This document shows, piece after piece, positions 10,045 through 19,773 of a stretch of 64,000 nt of DNA. Source of the stretch: Candidatus Multivorans sp. (GTDB lineage: Bacteria > Acidobacteriota > Thermoanaerobaculia > Multivoradales > Multivoraceae); contig OZ251997.1 of NCBI GenBank assembly GCA_965247095.1, positions 1,760,001 to 1,824,000 of the forward strand, read 5' to 3'. A program made the translations under genes and the position numbers. The notes under the pieces are model-generated. The model made no database searches and had not been told where the DNA came from. It saw only the letters and a program-made list of their open reading frames with translations. How positions within the stretch are numbered: the first letter of the stretch is position 1; each line of letters begins with the position of its first letter.

Positions 10045-12735
10045 GTGAAGAGTCCTGAAACTGGCCCCTTCGATCTGCTTCCCCTTCTCGCCGCCCTTCT
10101 GCTGTCACTCTGTCTCTTCGCCCCTGCATTGGCGCAGGAGGCGGATGCTCAGGATGAAAGCGAACAGGCTGAAGAAGCGCCCGAGTTCGGCGAGGCGATC
10201 GTCGTTGTCGGTACCCGTACCCAGGGCCGGACCGTCGCCCAGTCTCCGGTCCCGGTCGACGTGATTTCGTCGGCCGACTTGATGAGCCAGGGCGACAACG
10301 ACCTGATCAACCGCCTCCGGACGGTCATCCCGTCGTACAACGCCGGCGCCCAGCCGATCAGCGACGCGGCAACGATTGTGCGCCCCGTCAACCTCCGCGG
10401 TCTGGCCCCGGACCACACCCTGGTGCTGGTCAACGGCAAGCGCCGCCATCGCGCCGCGGTCATCGCCTGGCTCGGCAACGGCGTCTCGGACGGTTCCCAG
10501 GGCCCCGATGTCTCCGTCATCCCGTCGATCGCGCTGCGGCAGATCGAAGTGCTGCGCGACGGCGCGGCGGCCCAGTACGGCTCCGACGCGATCGCCGGCG
10601 TGATCAACTTCCAGCTCAAGGACGCGAGTTCCGGCGGCAGCGTCGAGATTCGCTCGGGGCAGTTCCAGGACAGCAACCCCGGTTCCGACGGCGGCTTCGG
10701 CGGCCAGTACACGTTCGCCGGCGACAAGGGCATGTCGTACGCCGTCTCCGCCAACCTGGGCATGCCGATGGGCGAGAACGGCTTTTTCAATCTGAGCATG
10801 GAGTACGGCGCCGCCGACCCGACGAGCCGCAGCGTGCAGCGAACCGACGCCCTCAACGCGATCAACGCCGGCAACACGATGATCCGGAGTCCGGTCCAGG
10901 TCTGGGGTACGCCCCTGCTCGAGGACGACATCAAGGTGTTCGCCAACTTCGGCACCCTGTTCTCGGGCGGCACCCAGTTCTACGGCCACGCGAACTACGC
11001 GACACGCACGACCACCGGCGGCTTCTACTTCCGTCATCCGCACACCCGGTCCGGCGTCTTCAGCAACAACGGCGGATCGACGCTTCTGGTCGGCGACCGC
11101 GAGTGGGCCCGGACCGGCGTCGAGGGTGCCGGCGGTTGCCCCGTGATCAATGTCATCAATCACCGGCCCGACGCGGGCGCGTTGGCCGCAGTCGAAGCGG
11201 ATCCGAACTGCTTCACCCTCTACTCACGCTTCCCCGGCGGGTTCACGCCCCAGTTCGGCGGCGACCTGACCGACACGTCGCTTGTCGCCGGCCTTCGCGG
11301 CTACACACAGAGCGGCATGACGTGGGACTTCAGCGCGAACGTCGGCTCCAGCAAGGTCGACCAGTTCATCTACAACACGGTGAACGCCTCGCTCGGCTAC
11401 GACACCCCAACGTCGTTCGGCCCCGGCGTCTACCAGCAGACCGACACGAACCTCAACTTCGACATCACCTACGCGCTAGTTGACAACGTGAACCTCGCCG
11501 CCGGCGTGGAATGGCGGAACGAGCAGTTCAAGATCGGCGCCGGCGACATGCCTTCCTGGGAAATCGGCCCCTACGCCTCCCAAGGCTTCGGCTCGGGCTC
11601 CAACGGCTTCAACGGCTACCGCCCCGAGAACTCCGGTACCTGGGACCGCGCCAACGTCGCCGTCTACACGGACATCGAGATCGAGGATCCGGACCAGCAG
11701 TGGACCTACACGGCCGCAGTCCGGATCGAGGAGTTCGAGGGCTTCGGCAACACGGTCAACGCCAAGGTGTCCGGGCGCCGGGCGCTGTCCGACAGCGTGT
11801 CGCTCCGCGCCGCCCTGAGCTCGGGCTTCCGCGCACCGACGCCCGGCCAGCAGAACGCGTTCAACGTGACCACGGCGTTCGACCCGGAGACGGGCGGCCT
11901 GTCGAACAGCGGCACCGTGCCCTCGATCTCGGCGCCAGCCGCTCTCCGGGGCGGTGAGCCGCTGAAGCCCGAAGACGCCGTGAACTACGCTGTCGGCTTG
12001 GTGGTCGACAAAGGACCGTTCACGTTCACTGCCGACATCTTCCAGATCGAGGTCGACGACCGGCTCACCATCTCGGAGACGTTCCGCCAGTGCTCCCTCG
12101 TCCAGGAGGCGGGCTGCGTGACCGAAGCCGAGATCGACAACCTGCTCGCGGGCGGCTTCGTCGAGGCGAGGAACCTGAAGAACTTCCGGTTCTTCGTCAA
12201 CGACTTCGCGACCCGGACGCGGGGCCTCGACATGGTCGGCACCTGGGCGCCCCCGGCGCTTGGCGGCGACACGACGTTCAGTCTGGTGTTCAACTACACC
12301 GACACGGTAGTCACAGAAGCGAATCCCGACACGGTCGGCGCCTTCCGCATCGCCACCCTGGAACGCGGACTGCCGGAGATGCGCTGGAACATCGCGATGA
12401 ACCATAGTGCCGATCGCTGGAGTCTGATGACGCGCCTGCACTACTTCGAAGGCTGGTGGGACAGCGAGGACGCGCAGAACCTGCTCGGCAGGAACTCGGC
12501 GCCCATGTACCCGGACTACAGCGGCGAGTTCCTGCTCGATGTCGAGTTGGGCCTTCCGCTGCCGAACCAGACGTCAATCGTCCTCGGGGTACAGAACCTG
12601 CTGAACACCTACCCGGAGGAGAATCCCGGCGCTGCCGCCGCGGTGGGCAACCTGTACGGCCAGTTCTCGCCGTTCGGCTTCAACGGGGCCTACTACTACG
12701 TCCGCTTCAACTACGCCTGGGGCACGAGCTTCTAG
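10045..12735 (+). CDS. TonB-dependent receptor
   Basis: Signal peptide, TonB-box-like IVVVGTR, plug (LRGLAPDHTLVLVNGKR, IEVLRDGAAAQYGSDAIAGVIN), terminal Phe; AAGGAG RBS. Confidence 0.95.
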   Translation: MKSPETGPFDLLPLLAALLLSLCLFAPALAQEADAQDESEQAEEAPEFGEAIVVVGTRTQGRTVAQSPVPVDVISSADLMSQGDNDLINRLRTVIPSYNAGAQPISDAATIVRPVNLRGLAPDHTLVLVNGKRRHRAAVIAWLGNGVSDGSQGPDVSVIPSIALRQIEVLRDGAAAQYGSDAIAGVINFQLKDASSGGSVEIRSGQFQDSNPGSDGGFGGQYTFAGDKGMSYAVSANLGMPMGENGFFNLSMEYGAADPTSRSVQRTDALNAINAGNTMIRSPVQVWGTPLLEDDIKVFANFGTLFSGGTQFYGHANYATRTTTGGFYFRHPHTRSGVFSNNGGSTLLVGDREWARTGVEGAGGCPVINVINHRPDAGALAAVEADPNCFTLYSRFPGGFTPQFGGDLTDTSLVAGLRGYTQSGMTWDFSANVGSSKVDQFIYNTVNASLGYDTPTSFGPGVYQQTDTNLNFDITYALVDNVNLAAGVEWRNEQFKIGAGDMPSWEIGPYASQGFGSGSNGFNGYRPENSGTWDRANVAVYTDIEIEDPDQQWTYTAAVRIEEFEGFGNTVNAKVSGRRALSDSVSLRAALSSGFRAPTPGQQNAFNVTTAFDPETGGLSNSGTVPSISAPAALRGGEPLKPEDAVNYAVGLVVDKGPFTFTADIFQIEVDDRLTISETFRQCSLVQEAGCVTEAEIDNLLAGGFVEARNLKNFRFFVNDFATRTRGLDMVGTWAPPALGGDTTFSLVFNYTDTVVTEANPDTVGAFRIATLERGLPEMRWNIAMNHSADRWSLMTRLHYFEGWWDSEDAQNLLGRNSAPMYPDYSGEFLLDVELGLPLPNQTSIVLGVQNLLNTYPEENPGAAAAVGNLYGQFSPFGFNGAYYYVRFNYAWGTSF

Positions 12736-12764
12736 CGAGCAGCAGGCTTCACGTCTGACCCGGT

Positions 12765-14570
12765 TCACCCGGCGGCCGGCTGGATCGCATCCGCCGGCCG
12801 CTCCCGCTCCAGACTCTGAAGCAACCAGTAGCGGCGGTAGAGTTCGTTGCTCTCGTACAGCTCCTCGTGGCTGCCGGTGGCGACCAACCGGCCCTGATCG
12901 AGCACGTGAATCCGCCCGGCCCGGCGCGCGGTGGCGAGGCGATGCGCGATGACGATGGTCGTCCTGCCTTCCAGCAGGTGCTCGATCGCGCGCTGGACGG
13001 TCGCCTCCGAATCGGGATCGAGCGCGCTGGTCGCCTCGTCCAACAGCAGGATCCGGGGGTCACGCAGGAAGGCGCGGGCGATCGCGATCCGCTGGCGCTG
13101 CCCCGCCGACAGCCGCACACCGCGTTCGCCGACTTCGGTGGCGAAACCGTCGCCGAGACGTTCGATGAACGAGGCTGCGCCGGCCGCCTCGGCCGCAGAC
13201 CGAACCTCGTCGTCAGCGGCATCGGGCCGCGCGAGGCGGATGTTGTCGGCCACCGAACCCGTGAACAGGAAGATCTCCTGTGGCACCAAGGCGATCCGGC
13301 GCCGCAGATCGCTCAGCGCGACATCAGCGAGCGGCCGGCCATCAATCAACAGTTCGCCCGACTGGGCCTCGTAGAACCGGAGCAGCAGCGCGAACAGCGT
13401 GCTCTTACCGGATCCGCTCGGGCCGACCAGAGCGGCCAGCTCCCCCGGCTCGACCTCCAGCGACACGTCCGTCAGCGCAGGCTGTTCCGCTCCCTCGTAG
13501 CGGAAGCCGACCGAACGGATACTCAGCGCGGCGGCGTCCTCGGCCAACCGGACGGGAGAGGGCGAATCGACGATCGCCGAACCCTCGTCGAGCAGTTGAA
13601 AGACACGCTCACTCGATCCCCGCAGTCGCCGGTAGCCAGCATAGAGCGATCCCAACTGGCCCACCGATGTCGCAATCGCGAACGTGTAGAGCAGGAACGA
13701 AGTCAACTGGCCTGCCGACAGCACCCCGTCAAGCATCAGGTTTCCGCCGTATCCGAGCACCAAGGCGAAGGCAGCGAAGCCGAAGAAGGTCATCAGACCG
13801 CCGAAGGCCCCGTAGAGGCGGACGTTGCGGAGCTGGACACCGAGTAGGTCGACCAACCGTTCCCAGTAGCGGCGCCGCGCCTGTTTCTCCGCGGAGAACG
13901 CCTGCAGGGTGCGAACGCCGGCCAGCGCTTCCTCGGCCCAGGCAGAGGTCTCGGCAACTGCGTCACGCTCTTCAACCGCCACCCTCTCCAGCCGGCGGCC
14001 GAAGACCACCGCGAACAACACGACGGGCGGCACGATCAGCAGGGCCACCACGGTCAATCGGGTCTGCAGCACCAGGAGGATGGCCAGTACGCCGACGAAC
14101 CGCGCGGCTGCCTGGAGCCCCGACGGAATCTGCTCGGTCAGGGCAATCTGCACGACCGTCAGGTCCGAACTCATGCGCGACAGCAGTTCGCCAACGCGAC
14201 GCCGGTCGAAGAAGTCGATTGACAGGCCGACCAGGTGCCCGAACAAGCGCCGTCGCAGATCGCGCAGCAACCGTGCGCCTGCGGCGCCGAGAAGCCAGGT
14301 CTGGAAGTAGCCGAGCACACCGAGGACAGCGAACAGGCCCATCAGCCACACGACGAGCTCACGAAGCTCCTGTTCGGACCCGGACATAAGCGCGGTGTCG
14401 ACGAACTCGCCGACCCGCATCGGCACCAGCAGGAAGACGCCGCTGCCCGCGAGAAGCAGGACGGTCCCGACCACCAAGGACAGCAGGTACGGCCGCGCTA
14501 GTCCGAAGAGCCGACTGAACGGAACCGGCGCGGAGGAGTGCTCTCCCTCCGCGTTCCTCTCTCTTCTCAC
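12765..14570 (-). CDS. ABC exporter, fused permease/ATPase (MsbA-like)
   Basis: TMD plus GPSGSGKST, LSAGQRQRIAIAR, ILLLDEATSALD. Confidence 0.93.
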   Translation of the reverse strand: MRRERNAEGEHSSAPVPFSRLFGLARPYLLSLVVGTVLLLAGSGVFLLVPMRVGEFVDTALMSGSEQELRELVVWLMGLFAVLGVLGYFQTWLLGAAGARLLRDLRRRLFGHLVGLSIDFFDRRRVGELLSRMSSDLTVVQIALTEQIPSGLQAAARFVGVLAILLVLQTRLTVVALLIVPPVVLFAVVFGRRLERVAVEERDAVAETSAWAEEALAGVRTLQAFSAEKQARRRYWERLVDLLGVQLRNVRLYGAFGGLMTFFGFAAFALVLGYGGNLMLDGVLSAGQLTSFLLYTFAIATSVGQLGSLYAGYRRLRGSSERVFQLLDEGSAIVDSPSPVRLAEDAAALSIRSVGFRYEGAEQPALTDVSLEVEPGELAALVGPSGSGKSTLFALLLRFYEAQSGELLIDGRPLADVALSDLRRRIALVPQEIFLFTGSVADNIRLARPDAADDEVRSAAEAAGAASFIERLGDGFATEVGERGVRLSAGQRQRIAIARAFLRDPRILLLDEATSALDPDSEATVQRAIEHLLEGRTTIVIAHRLATARRAGRIHVLDQGRLVATGSHEELYESNELYRRYWLLQSLERERPADAIQPAAG

Positions 14571-15652
14571 TTCTCTACGGCGAGGGTGATCACGAGTTCG
14601 GGCCGCTCCGCATCCGCCACCGCCGACTCGAAGGCCTCAGCCGTCATCGGCAGAGTGACAGTCAATGCCACCGCGCCGTGCTCTATCTGTGCGGGGATGC
14701 CGCGCCCGACACGACCCGAGGCGCTGCCGGACGCCACCACGGCGCCCTGGTCGCCCTGCCCGGCCCGAAGAAGATCGATCTCGACGTCGACCCGCTTGCT
14801 GATCTGCGCGGCATGAAGTGCAAGCTCCACCTGGAGTTCCACCCGGCCGCGCCGTTCTCGCCGCGCAACCTCGAGACGCTCGATCGTCACGCCCTCGCAA
14901 AGATAGGGTGCCGTGTCCCGCGTGATCCAGGCGTAACCCCTGGGAAGTGCCTCGACCGTCCCCAGCGGCAGCCGCAGCACCATCGGCGATGCCATGGCAA
15001 TGCGCTCGATCATCTCCGCATCCGCGGCGCGCGCGGAATCGGGCGTCACTTCGCCGGTGACCGGCGCCGCCGTCGGCTCGGCTTCGGCAGGGGCCGGCGC
15101 CGGCTCGACAGGCTTACCGACAGGAACGTAGTAGCCCTCGAACACGACGCCGGCGGCACGATCGCCCCGAGCGCCCGCCGTCGAGTGACCCGCCACCCGG
15201 CTGATCTGGCCGCGGGCTTCCGGCGCCAACCGCTCACGCCAGTTCGACGTCTCTCCGTCGGCCGTGGTGCGCTCGCCGCGCACCAGCAGAGCGCGCCCCT
15301 CCAGCGCGCCGGACGACCGGATCACGACGCCGCGGTTCGAGACGCTGAACCGCCGCCACATGCCGGCCGCCGCGTCGAAGGAACTGTAGGTCCGGCCCGA
15401 CCGACCGTCGTCAAACGCCCAGGTCTCGGCGATCAGGCAACCGTCTTCCAGCTTCTCGACCCGGCTCCGGCCAACCGCCTCGCCGCCCGAGACAAGCTGC
15501 CATTCGCCGAGCAGAAAGTCCAAGGACCGGTGGTTCTCGCCGGCCTCACAGGGTCCGCGACGCTGCGCCGCCAGCGGCAACGCCATCGCGAGTCCAAGAC
15601 CAACCGGCAGCAGCACACGCGCCGCTCGGCTCCAGTTTGTCGACTGTCCCAT
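14567..15652 (-). CDS. Secreted two-domain hypothetical protein (N-terminal DUF1579-like beta domain, Pro/Ala linker)
   Basis: Signal peptide; LDFLLGEW...GCLIAETW...GRTYSSFD; stop overlaps the ABC gene start. Confidence 0.7.
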   Translation of the reverse strand: MGQSTNWSRAARVLLPVGLGLAMALPLAAQRRGPCEAGENHRSLDFLLGEWQLVSGGEAVGRSRVEKLEDGCLIAETWAFDDGRSGRTYSSFDAAAGMWRRFSVSNRGVVIRSSGALEGRALLVRGERTTADGETSNWRERLAPEARGQISRVAGHSTAGARGDRAAGVVFEGYYVPVGKPVEPAPAPAEAEPTAAPVTGEVTPDSARAADAEMIERIAMASPMVLRLPLGTVEALPRGYAWITRDTAPYLCEGVTIERLEVARRERRGRVELQVELALHAAQISKRVDVEIDLLRAGQGDQGAVVASGSASGRVGRGIPAQIEHGAVALTVTLPMTAEAFESAVADAERPELVITLAVEK

Positions 15653-15664
15653 CGATTCGCTCCC

Positions 15665-16119
15665 TCAGGTGCCCAGAAAAACGAACTTGACCACGAACAA
15701 CACGGCCAGAACCGCGACCGCCGGGCGGAGCTGGCCAATCCGGCGCCCATGATCCAGGTCCGGATCGGCAGCACCGAGATGATCACGAAGCAGACGCCGG
15801 AGATGAACAGCGCGCCCAAGGCCACCTGCCAGGGATGCCCCATCCCCAGCACGACACCGTAGGTGAAGAAGGCGTTGATCCCCATTCCTGGCGCCAGAGC
15901 GATCAGGTAGTTCGCGTACAGGCCCATCGCGGCGCAGGCGATCGCCGCCGCCAGACAGGTGGCCACGAATACCGCCCCCCGGTCCATCCCGGCCTCCCCC
16001 AGGATCTCCGGGTTGACGACAGCCACATAGGCCACCGTCATGTAGGTCGTGACGCCGGCGGCGATCTCGCGGCGAACCGTCGTCCGGTACTGATCGAGGT
16101 GAAAGAGGCGGTTCAGCAT
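15665..16119 (-). pseudogene. NCS2/AzgA-type purine permease remnant (N- and C-termini joined out of frame)
   Basis: MLNRLFHL..REIAAGVTTYMT..APGMGINAFF..LPIRTWI, then in another frame GRRIGQLRPAVAVLAVLFVVKFVFLGT*; the middle of the gene is missing. Confidence 0.85.
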
Positions 16120-16215
16120 GTCGGGGCGCTCGCCCACATGAACTAGGGAAACGCCGCGTGCTGTCGCGGGAATCTCTCGAACAGCCTCGACGCGTGCTTT
16201 GCGCTTGATAACCTC

Positions 16216-17771
16216 AGCATAGTCCCATTCAGAGATGAGCCTGAAGGGGGCTCCTTCGGGAGTTGCGGCGAGAGAGTGCGGCGGGGCGAGTTTCAGGGCT
16301 GCTGATCGAAGCGAAGCGGAGATCGGCACCAGGGACCAACCGTAGCGCGGGGACCGCGAGCCGCGGTGGAGTTGCACGAAGTGCGTGGCGCGAGGCGCGA
16401 GAGACGGGGGCGGCGGCGGCTTGCTCATGCGACGGTGGCTTCGCGGCGGTGGATTTCGGCGAACAGTGCGACGAGGGCGTCGTTGACGGCGCTGGCCGCG
16501 GTGAGGTCGTCGAGTGCCAGGGCCTGTTGGTCGAGTTTCTCGAAGGTGACGCCTTGTCGCAGGCAGAGGGCGGCGCCGTCGAGCGACTTCAGCTTGAGGT
16601 AGGGCGTGGTGACGTTGTCGAAGGGGTAGGTCTTTCGCTTGCGACCCTTGGCGTCTGTCGTCTCGACGGGGAAGTGGCAGGGCCGGTGGTAGTTGAGGAA
16701 CGGAGCGAGCGCGTCGCGCAGGAAGTCGTTGACGAGTGCGGCATGACGCCGGGGAATGTGGTCGTAGCCGAGGTGCCGCCGCACCACCGAGGCGTTCTTG
16801 CTCTCGACCAGGGCGTTGTCGTTGCAGCGCCTCGGGCGGGACTTGGTGAACTCCTCGATGTGCAGCTTGCGCAGCAGCGCGGCCACCCGGTAGTTGATGT
16901 ACTCGGAGCCGTTGTCGGCGTGGAAGCCGCGGATGATGAAGGGGAAAGCCTCGATCGACCCTTCCAGGGCCGGAACCAGGAAACGCTCCGAAATGCCCTC
17001 TACAGCGGCCACGAACTCGTACTGCGTGACCTCGTCCACAAGATTGATCTCGTACAGACCCTTCTCCCCGTCCAGGTCGCCCTGATGGACCGAATCCACT
17101 CGCAGAAAGCCCGGCCGACCCGCGGGATGAGGCTTGCGGCGCTCCCCGATGCGTACCTGCGTCGACCGCGTCCTGGCCACCGTCAGGCGACGGCGCCGGT
17201 ACGCTGTCGACTGGCGAAGCCGGTACAGATGGCTGTTCGAGAGCCCCGCCAGACGCTCGAACCGCACATCCCCGAACACCGCGTACTGGCGCTGCATCAT
17301 GCGCCGAGTGACCGCGCCGCACAGACCGCCAAGGGTCTCGTCCACCTCGGCCAGCAGACCGATGTCCGCCTTCGTGTAGCGCCGGGGAAACGGACGCTTC
17401 GGACCCCGGCGCCGATCCTCGATGCGCCCCGTATCCCGGTACTGAGAGATCAACCGCGCGATCTGCGCCCGACTGAACCCCGTCACCTTGACCAGGAAGC
17501 GCCGCACCAGACCCTTGTCGGGCCTCGACAGTCGAAAGTAGCGCGAACGCACCAGAACCCGCCGCACAAAATCGTACGCATGGGCCCGCTTCACGAAGCG
17601 GAAGTCGACCGGCGCGCTGCCGACCATGAAGTCGCGGACCTCGTCGAGGGTCCGCAGCCGTTCGATATCGAGTCGCAAGATCATCCTCCAATGATCCCCA
17701 ACCCACTCTCAGGCTCATCTCTCGAGGGATTGACGCCGCTCCTTCAGGCTCATCTGTCATGGGACAAGGCT
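16216..17771 (-). mobile_element. Complete IS (1556 bp), rve-type DDE transposase, ISNCY/IS481-like; 5-bp target duplication ACCTC
   Basis: IRs AGCATAGTCCCATTCAGAGATGAGCCTGAAGG (16216) and AGCCTTGTCCCATGACAGATGAGCCTGAAGG (rc, ends 17771); ACCTC at 16211-16215 and 17772-17776; extra TCAGGCTCATCT copy at 17709. Confidence 0.9.
16425..17684 (-). CDS. DDE transposase with integrase core (rve) domain
   Basis: PGFLRVDSVHQGD, FHADNGSEYIN, SRPRRCNDNALVESKN, FLNYHRPC. Confidence 0.92.
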   Translation of the reverse strand: MILRLDIERLRTLDEVRDFMVGSAPVDFRFVKRAHAYDFVRRVLVRSRYFRLSRPDKGLVRRFLVKVTGFSRAQIARLISQYRDTGRIEDRRRGPKRPFPRRYTKADIGLLAEVDETLGGLCGAVTRRMMQRQYAVFGDVRFERLAGLSNSHLYRLRQSTAYRRRRLTVARTRSTQVRIGERRKPHPAGRPGFLRVDSVHQGDLDGEKGLYEINLVDEVTQYEFVAAVEGISERFLVPALEGSIEAFPFIIRGFHADNGSEYINYRVAALLRKLHIEEFTKSRPRRCNDNALVESKNASVVRRHLGYDHIPRRHAALVNDFLRDALAPFLNYHRPCHFPVETTDAKGRKRKTYPFDNVTTPYLKLKSLDGAALCLRQGVTFEKLDQQALALDDLTAASAVNDALVALFAEIHRREATVA

Positions 17772-17783
17772 ACCTCGACGAAT

Positions 17784-17818
17784 CCTGGACGGCTTCATAC
17801 ACTATGAAGCCGTCCAGG
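17784..17818. repeat. Perfect 16-bp inverted repeat hairpin
   Basis: CCTGGACGGCTTCATA-cac-TATGAAGCCGTCCAGG. Confidence 0.85.
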
Positions 17819-17868
17819 CGGGCGACCATGTGCAGAGTGACGGTCACTGCGACACCTTGTTGCTGCAG

Positions 17869-18686
17869 CTAGATCGTTTCTGGACAGTCTTCGTGACCAG
17901 ATGCGAGTACTCCGTCTTGGTATACACAGACCACGTCTTCCGGTGGCGGCGGCGGAGGAGGAGGAGGAGGAGGAGGAGGACAACCTCCAGGTGTAGTGGC
18001 ACACGACGGGGGGCCAGGGCCTAGACCACCACCGCCGTCGCCCGGGTTGCTCCCGCCACCAGGATTGGTTCCGCCTCCAGGGTTGGTGGGACCGCCACCG
18101 CCAGCATCGCAACCGCTGCAAACGATCGGAGGCTCTGGATTGACAACCTCCTTCACGGCATCGCATGTCTCGGTGGTGACGGCATAGGAGGAAGGTGGCT
18201 CAGTATGCCGATACCACATGACGCTTCCCGCGTTTCCATTGCGCGGGTTGCACGACCGGCCATTGTTGGTGGGCTTCGCGTCGCCTAGACCGAACAGGTG
18301 ACCGAGTTCGTGGGCGAATATGACCGCCAGCCGAGACGCAGACATCGTCATGGGGCAGATGTTCGTGTTCACGCGAATCTCGCGGGTTCGAGAAACCACT
18401 TCGGCGCAGACACCCGCAGTGGGAGTGATGTTGGAGCCATAGGTCAGCGTCCACACCTGCCCTGAGCCTGTTCCGAACGACACTGATGGGGCTGCCGAGC
18501 ATCGGCCAGTCCACAACTTGTAACCGTTCTTGATCGGGCCAAGATCGTCGACGTCCTGCCAGCTTGAATCTTGAAGCCTACAGACAGCGGTTTGCTGCCA
18601 TTGAGCGGAACGTCGCACCCTTGCTGCGCCAGACTGCTGCTGGCAGATCCTGCTACCAGGAGGCAAACGACCAGAACCAGCCGCAT
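17869..18686 (-). pseudogene. Secreted metzincin-like Zn metalloprotease with Gly/Pro-rich tail, frameshifted near 18560-18600
   Basis: HELGHLFGLGD plus Met-turn SVMWY in one frame; signal peptide MRLVLVVCLLVAGSASSSLA from ATG 18686 in another. Confidence 0.7.
17954..17980 (-). repeat. Trinucleotide microsatellite (CCT)9 encoding most of a 13-Pro run
   Basis: GGA x9 on + strand. Confidence 0.9.
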
Positions 18687-19615
18687 CACTTCTCCGACGT
18701 CCCGTTCGTGCAGTCCGTGTGAAACTTCCATCCACCATCGAGTTGCTCAGCCTTCCGCACCCGGCAGCCGTTCTTGTGGAACGCCGACCACATCTCGCCG
18801 AACTCTCTGCGCTCCGGCGCCCCGTACTCCTTGGACACGAAGCCGACCGTCAGATCGAATAGGCCTCCAAACACGGCTTCGTCAATGCGTCCTCGTAGAC
18901 CAGCCATGTCTGAGGGCGCATCATTCGCCGCGAACGCCCACCTCAGCTTCTCGTCTTCATCCACCTGAGCCAACGCCACAGCCTGACCCCTCCAGCCAGT
19001 CAGGCGAACGACGGCATCTCTGGACCAGGACCCGATCAGCACGACGCGATCACCGACCTTTGGAGGCGCTTCCCTCCACGAAGGGGTGAGGTCCTTGGTG
19101 AGGCAGAAGACCCGGTTGTGTACCACTAGCCGATCGAACGGGATCAGCGCGTACTCCGGGATGGGTGTATAGCCGTGCAACGGCGCAACGTCGGACAAGG
19201 CGAACAGCACTACAGGATTCCCCACGGTGTCGAAGCCGGAAACCGACTCTTCCAGCGTGGCTGCTACCGCGACCTCAGACAACAGCAGTGTGGCGCTGAA
19301 ACGCCCGTCCGTCTCCGGCAGAAAGAAGGGCGCAAAGGGCTGTTTGGGCGCACAGAACTCATTGGACGAAGGAACCCCCCCTTCGTCCAAGCCGTGACGG
19401 ATACGGCTACGCTGAACCTGCCACTCGAGTCCTTCCCGAAGCCACTCTCCTGGTATCCGGCCCTTGAGCGAGCCGTCGGCGTTCAGCACCCGCGACGCCG
19501 CAATCCATTCGTAGCCCCGGTCAGTATCGCGTTTCCCCAGCGTTCTAGGGTGTCCGCCCATCACTGGCAAGGCGAAGACCGCCAGCGCCGCGAGAGTCCA
19601 TCCGAGTCGCTTCAT
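18686..19615 (-). CDS. Secreted hypothetical protein, lower GC
   Basis: Signal peptide MKRLGWTLAALAVFALPVMG; stop overlaps next ATG (TGATG); start 19615 or 19627. Confidence 0.7.
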   Translation of the reverse strand: MKRLGWTLAALAVFALPVMGGHPRTLGKRDTDRGYEWIAASRVLNADGSLKGRIPGEWLREGLEWQVQRSRIRHGLDEGGVPSSNEFCAPKQPFAPFFLPETDGRFSATLLLSEVAVAATLEESVSGFDTVGNPVVLFALSDVAPLHGYTPIPEYALIPFDRLVVHNRVFCLTKDLTPSWREAPPKVGDRVVLIGSWSRDAVVRLTGWRGQAVALAQVDEDEKLRWAFAANDAPSDMAGLRGRIDEAVFGGLFDLTVGFVSKEYGAPERREFGEMWSAFHKNGCRVRKAEQLDGGWKFHTDCTNGTSEK

Positions 19616-19694
19616 CTTGACTTCCATAATGTTGTTCGTGTTGCTGTAGAGGATGTGAATCTTTTCTGCCTCTTTTCTATCTTCGCGGATCTTC

Positions 19695-19705
19695 GGGGGG
19701 GGGGG
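19695..19705. repeat. G11/C11 homopolymer in the upstream region of the secreted-protein gene pair
   Basis: 11 consecutive G. Confidence 0.85.
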
Positions 19706-19773
19706 CTAACGGAGTTTCTTTTCGGAATCCCGAGCCTCGGGCACCGACCTCTCGCAGTTGCCGCGGTCTTTCA

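Noticed and set aside
16200-16230. dif-like site at the left IS junction (GCGCTTGATAA-cctcag…)
   Set aside because: Only a weak XerC-like arm; the reconstructed empty site has no TTAT XerD arm.
15433-17760. 775-aa ORF suggesting a transposase-permease fusion
   Set aside because: It runs out of frame through the IS and only incidentally joins the NCS2 remnant frame.
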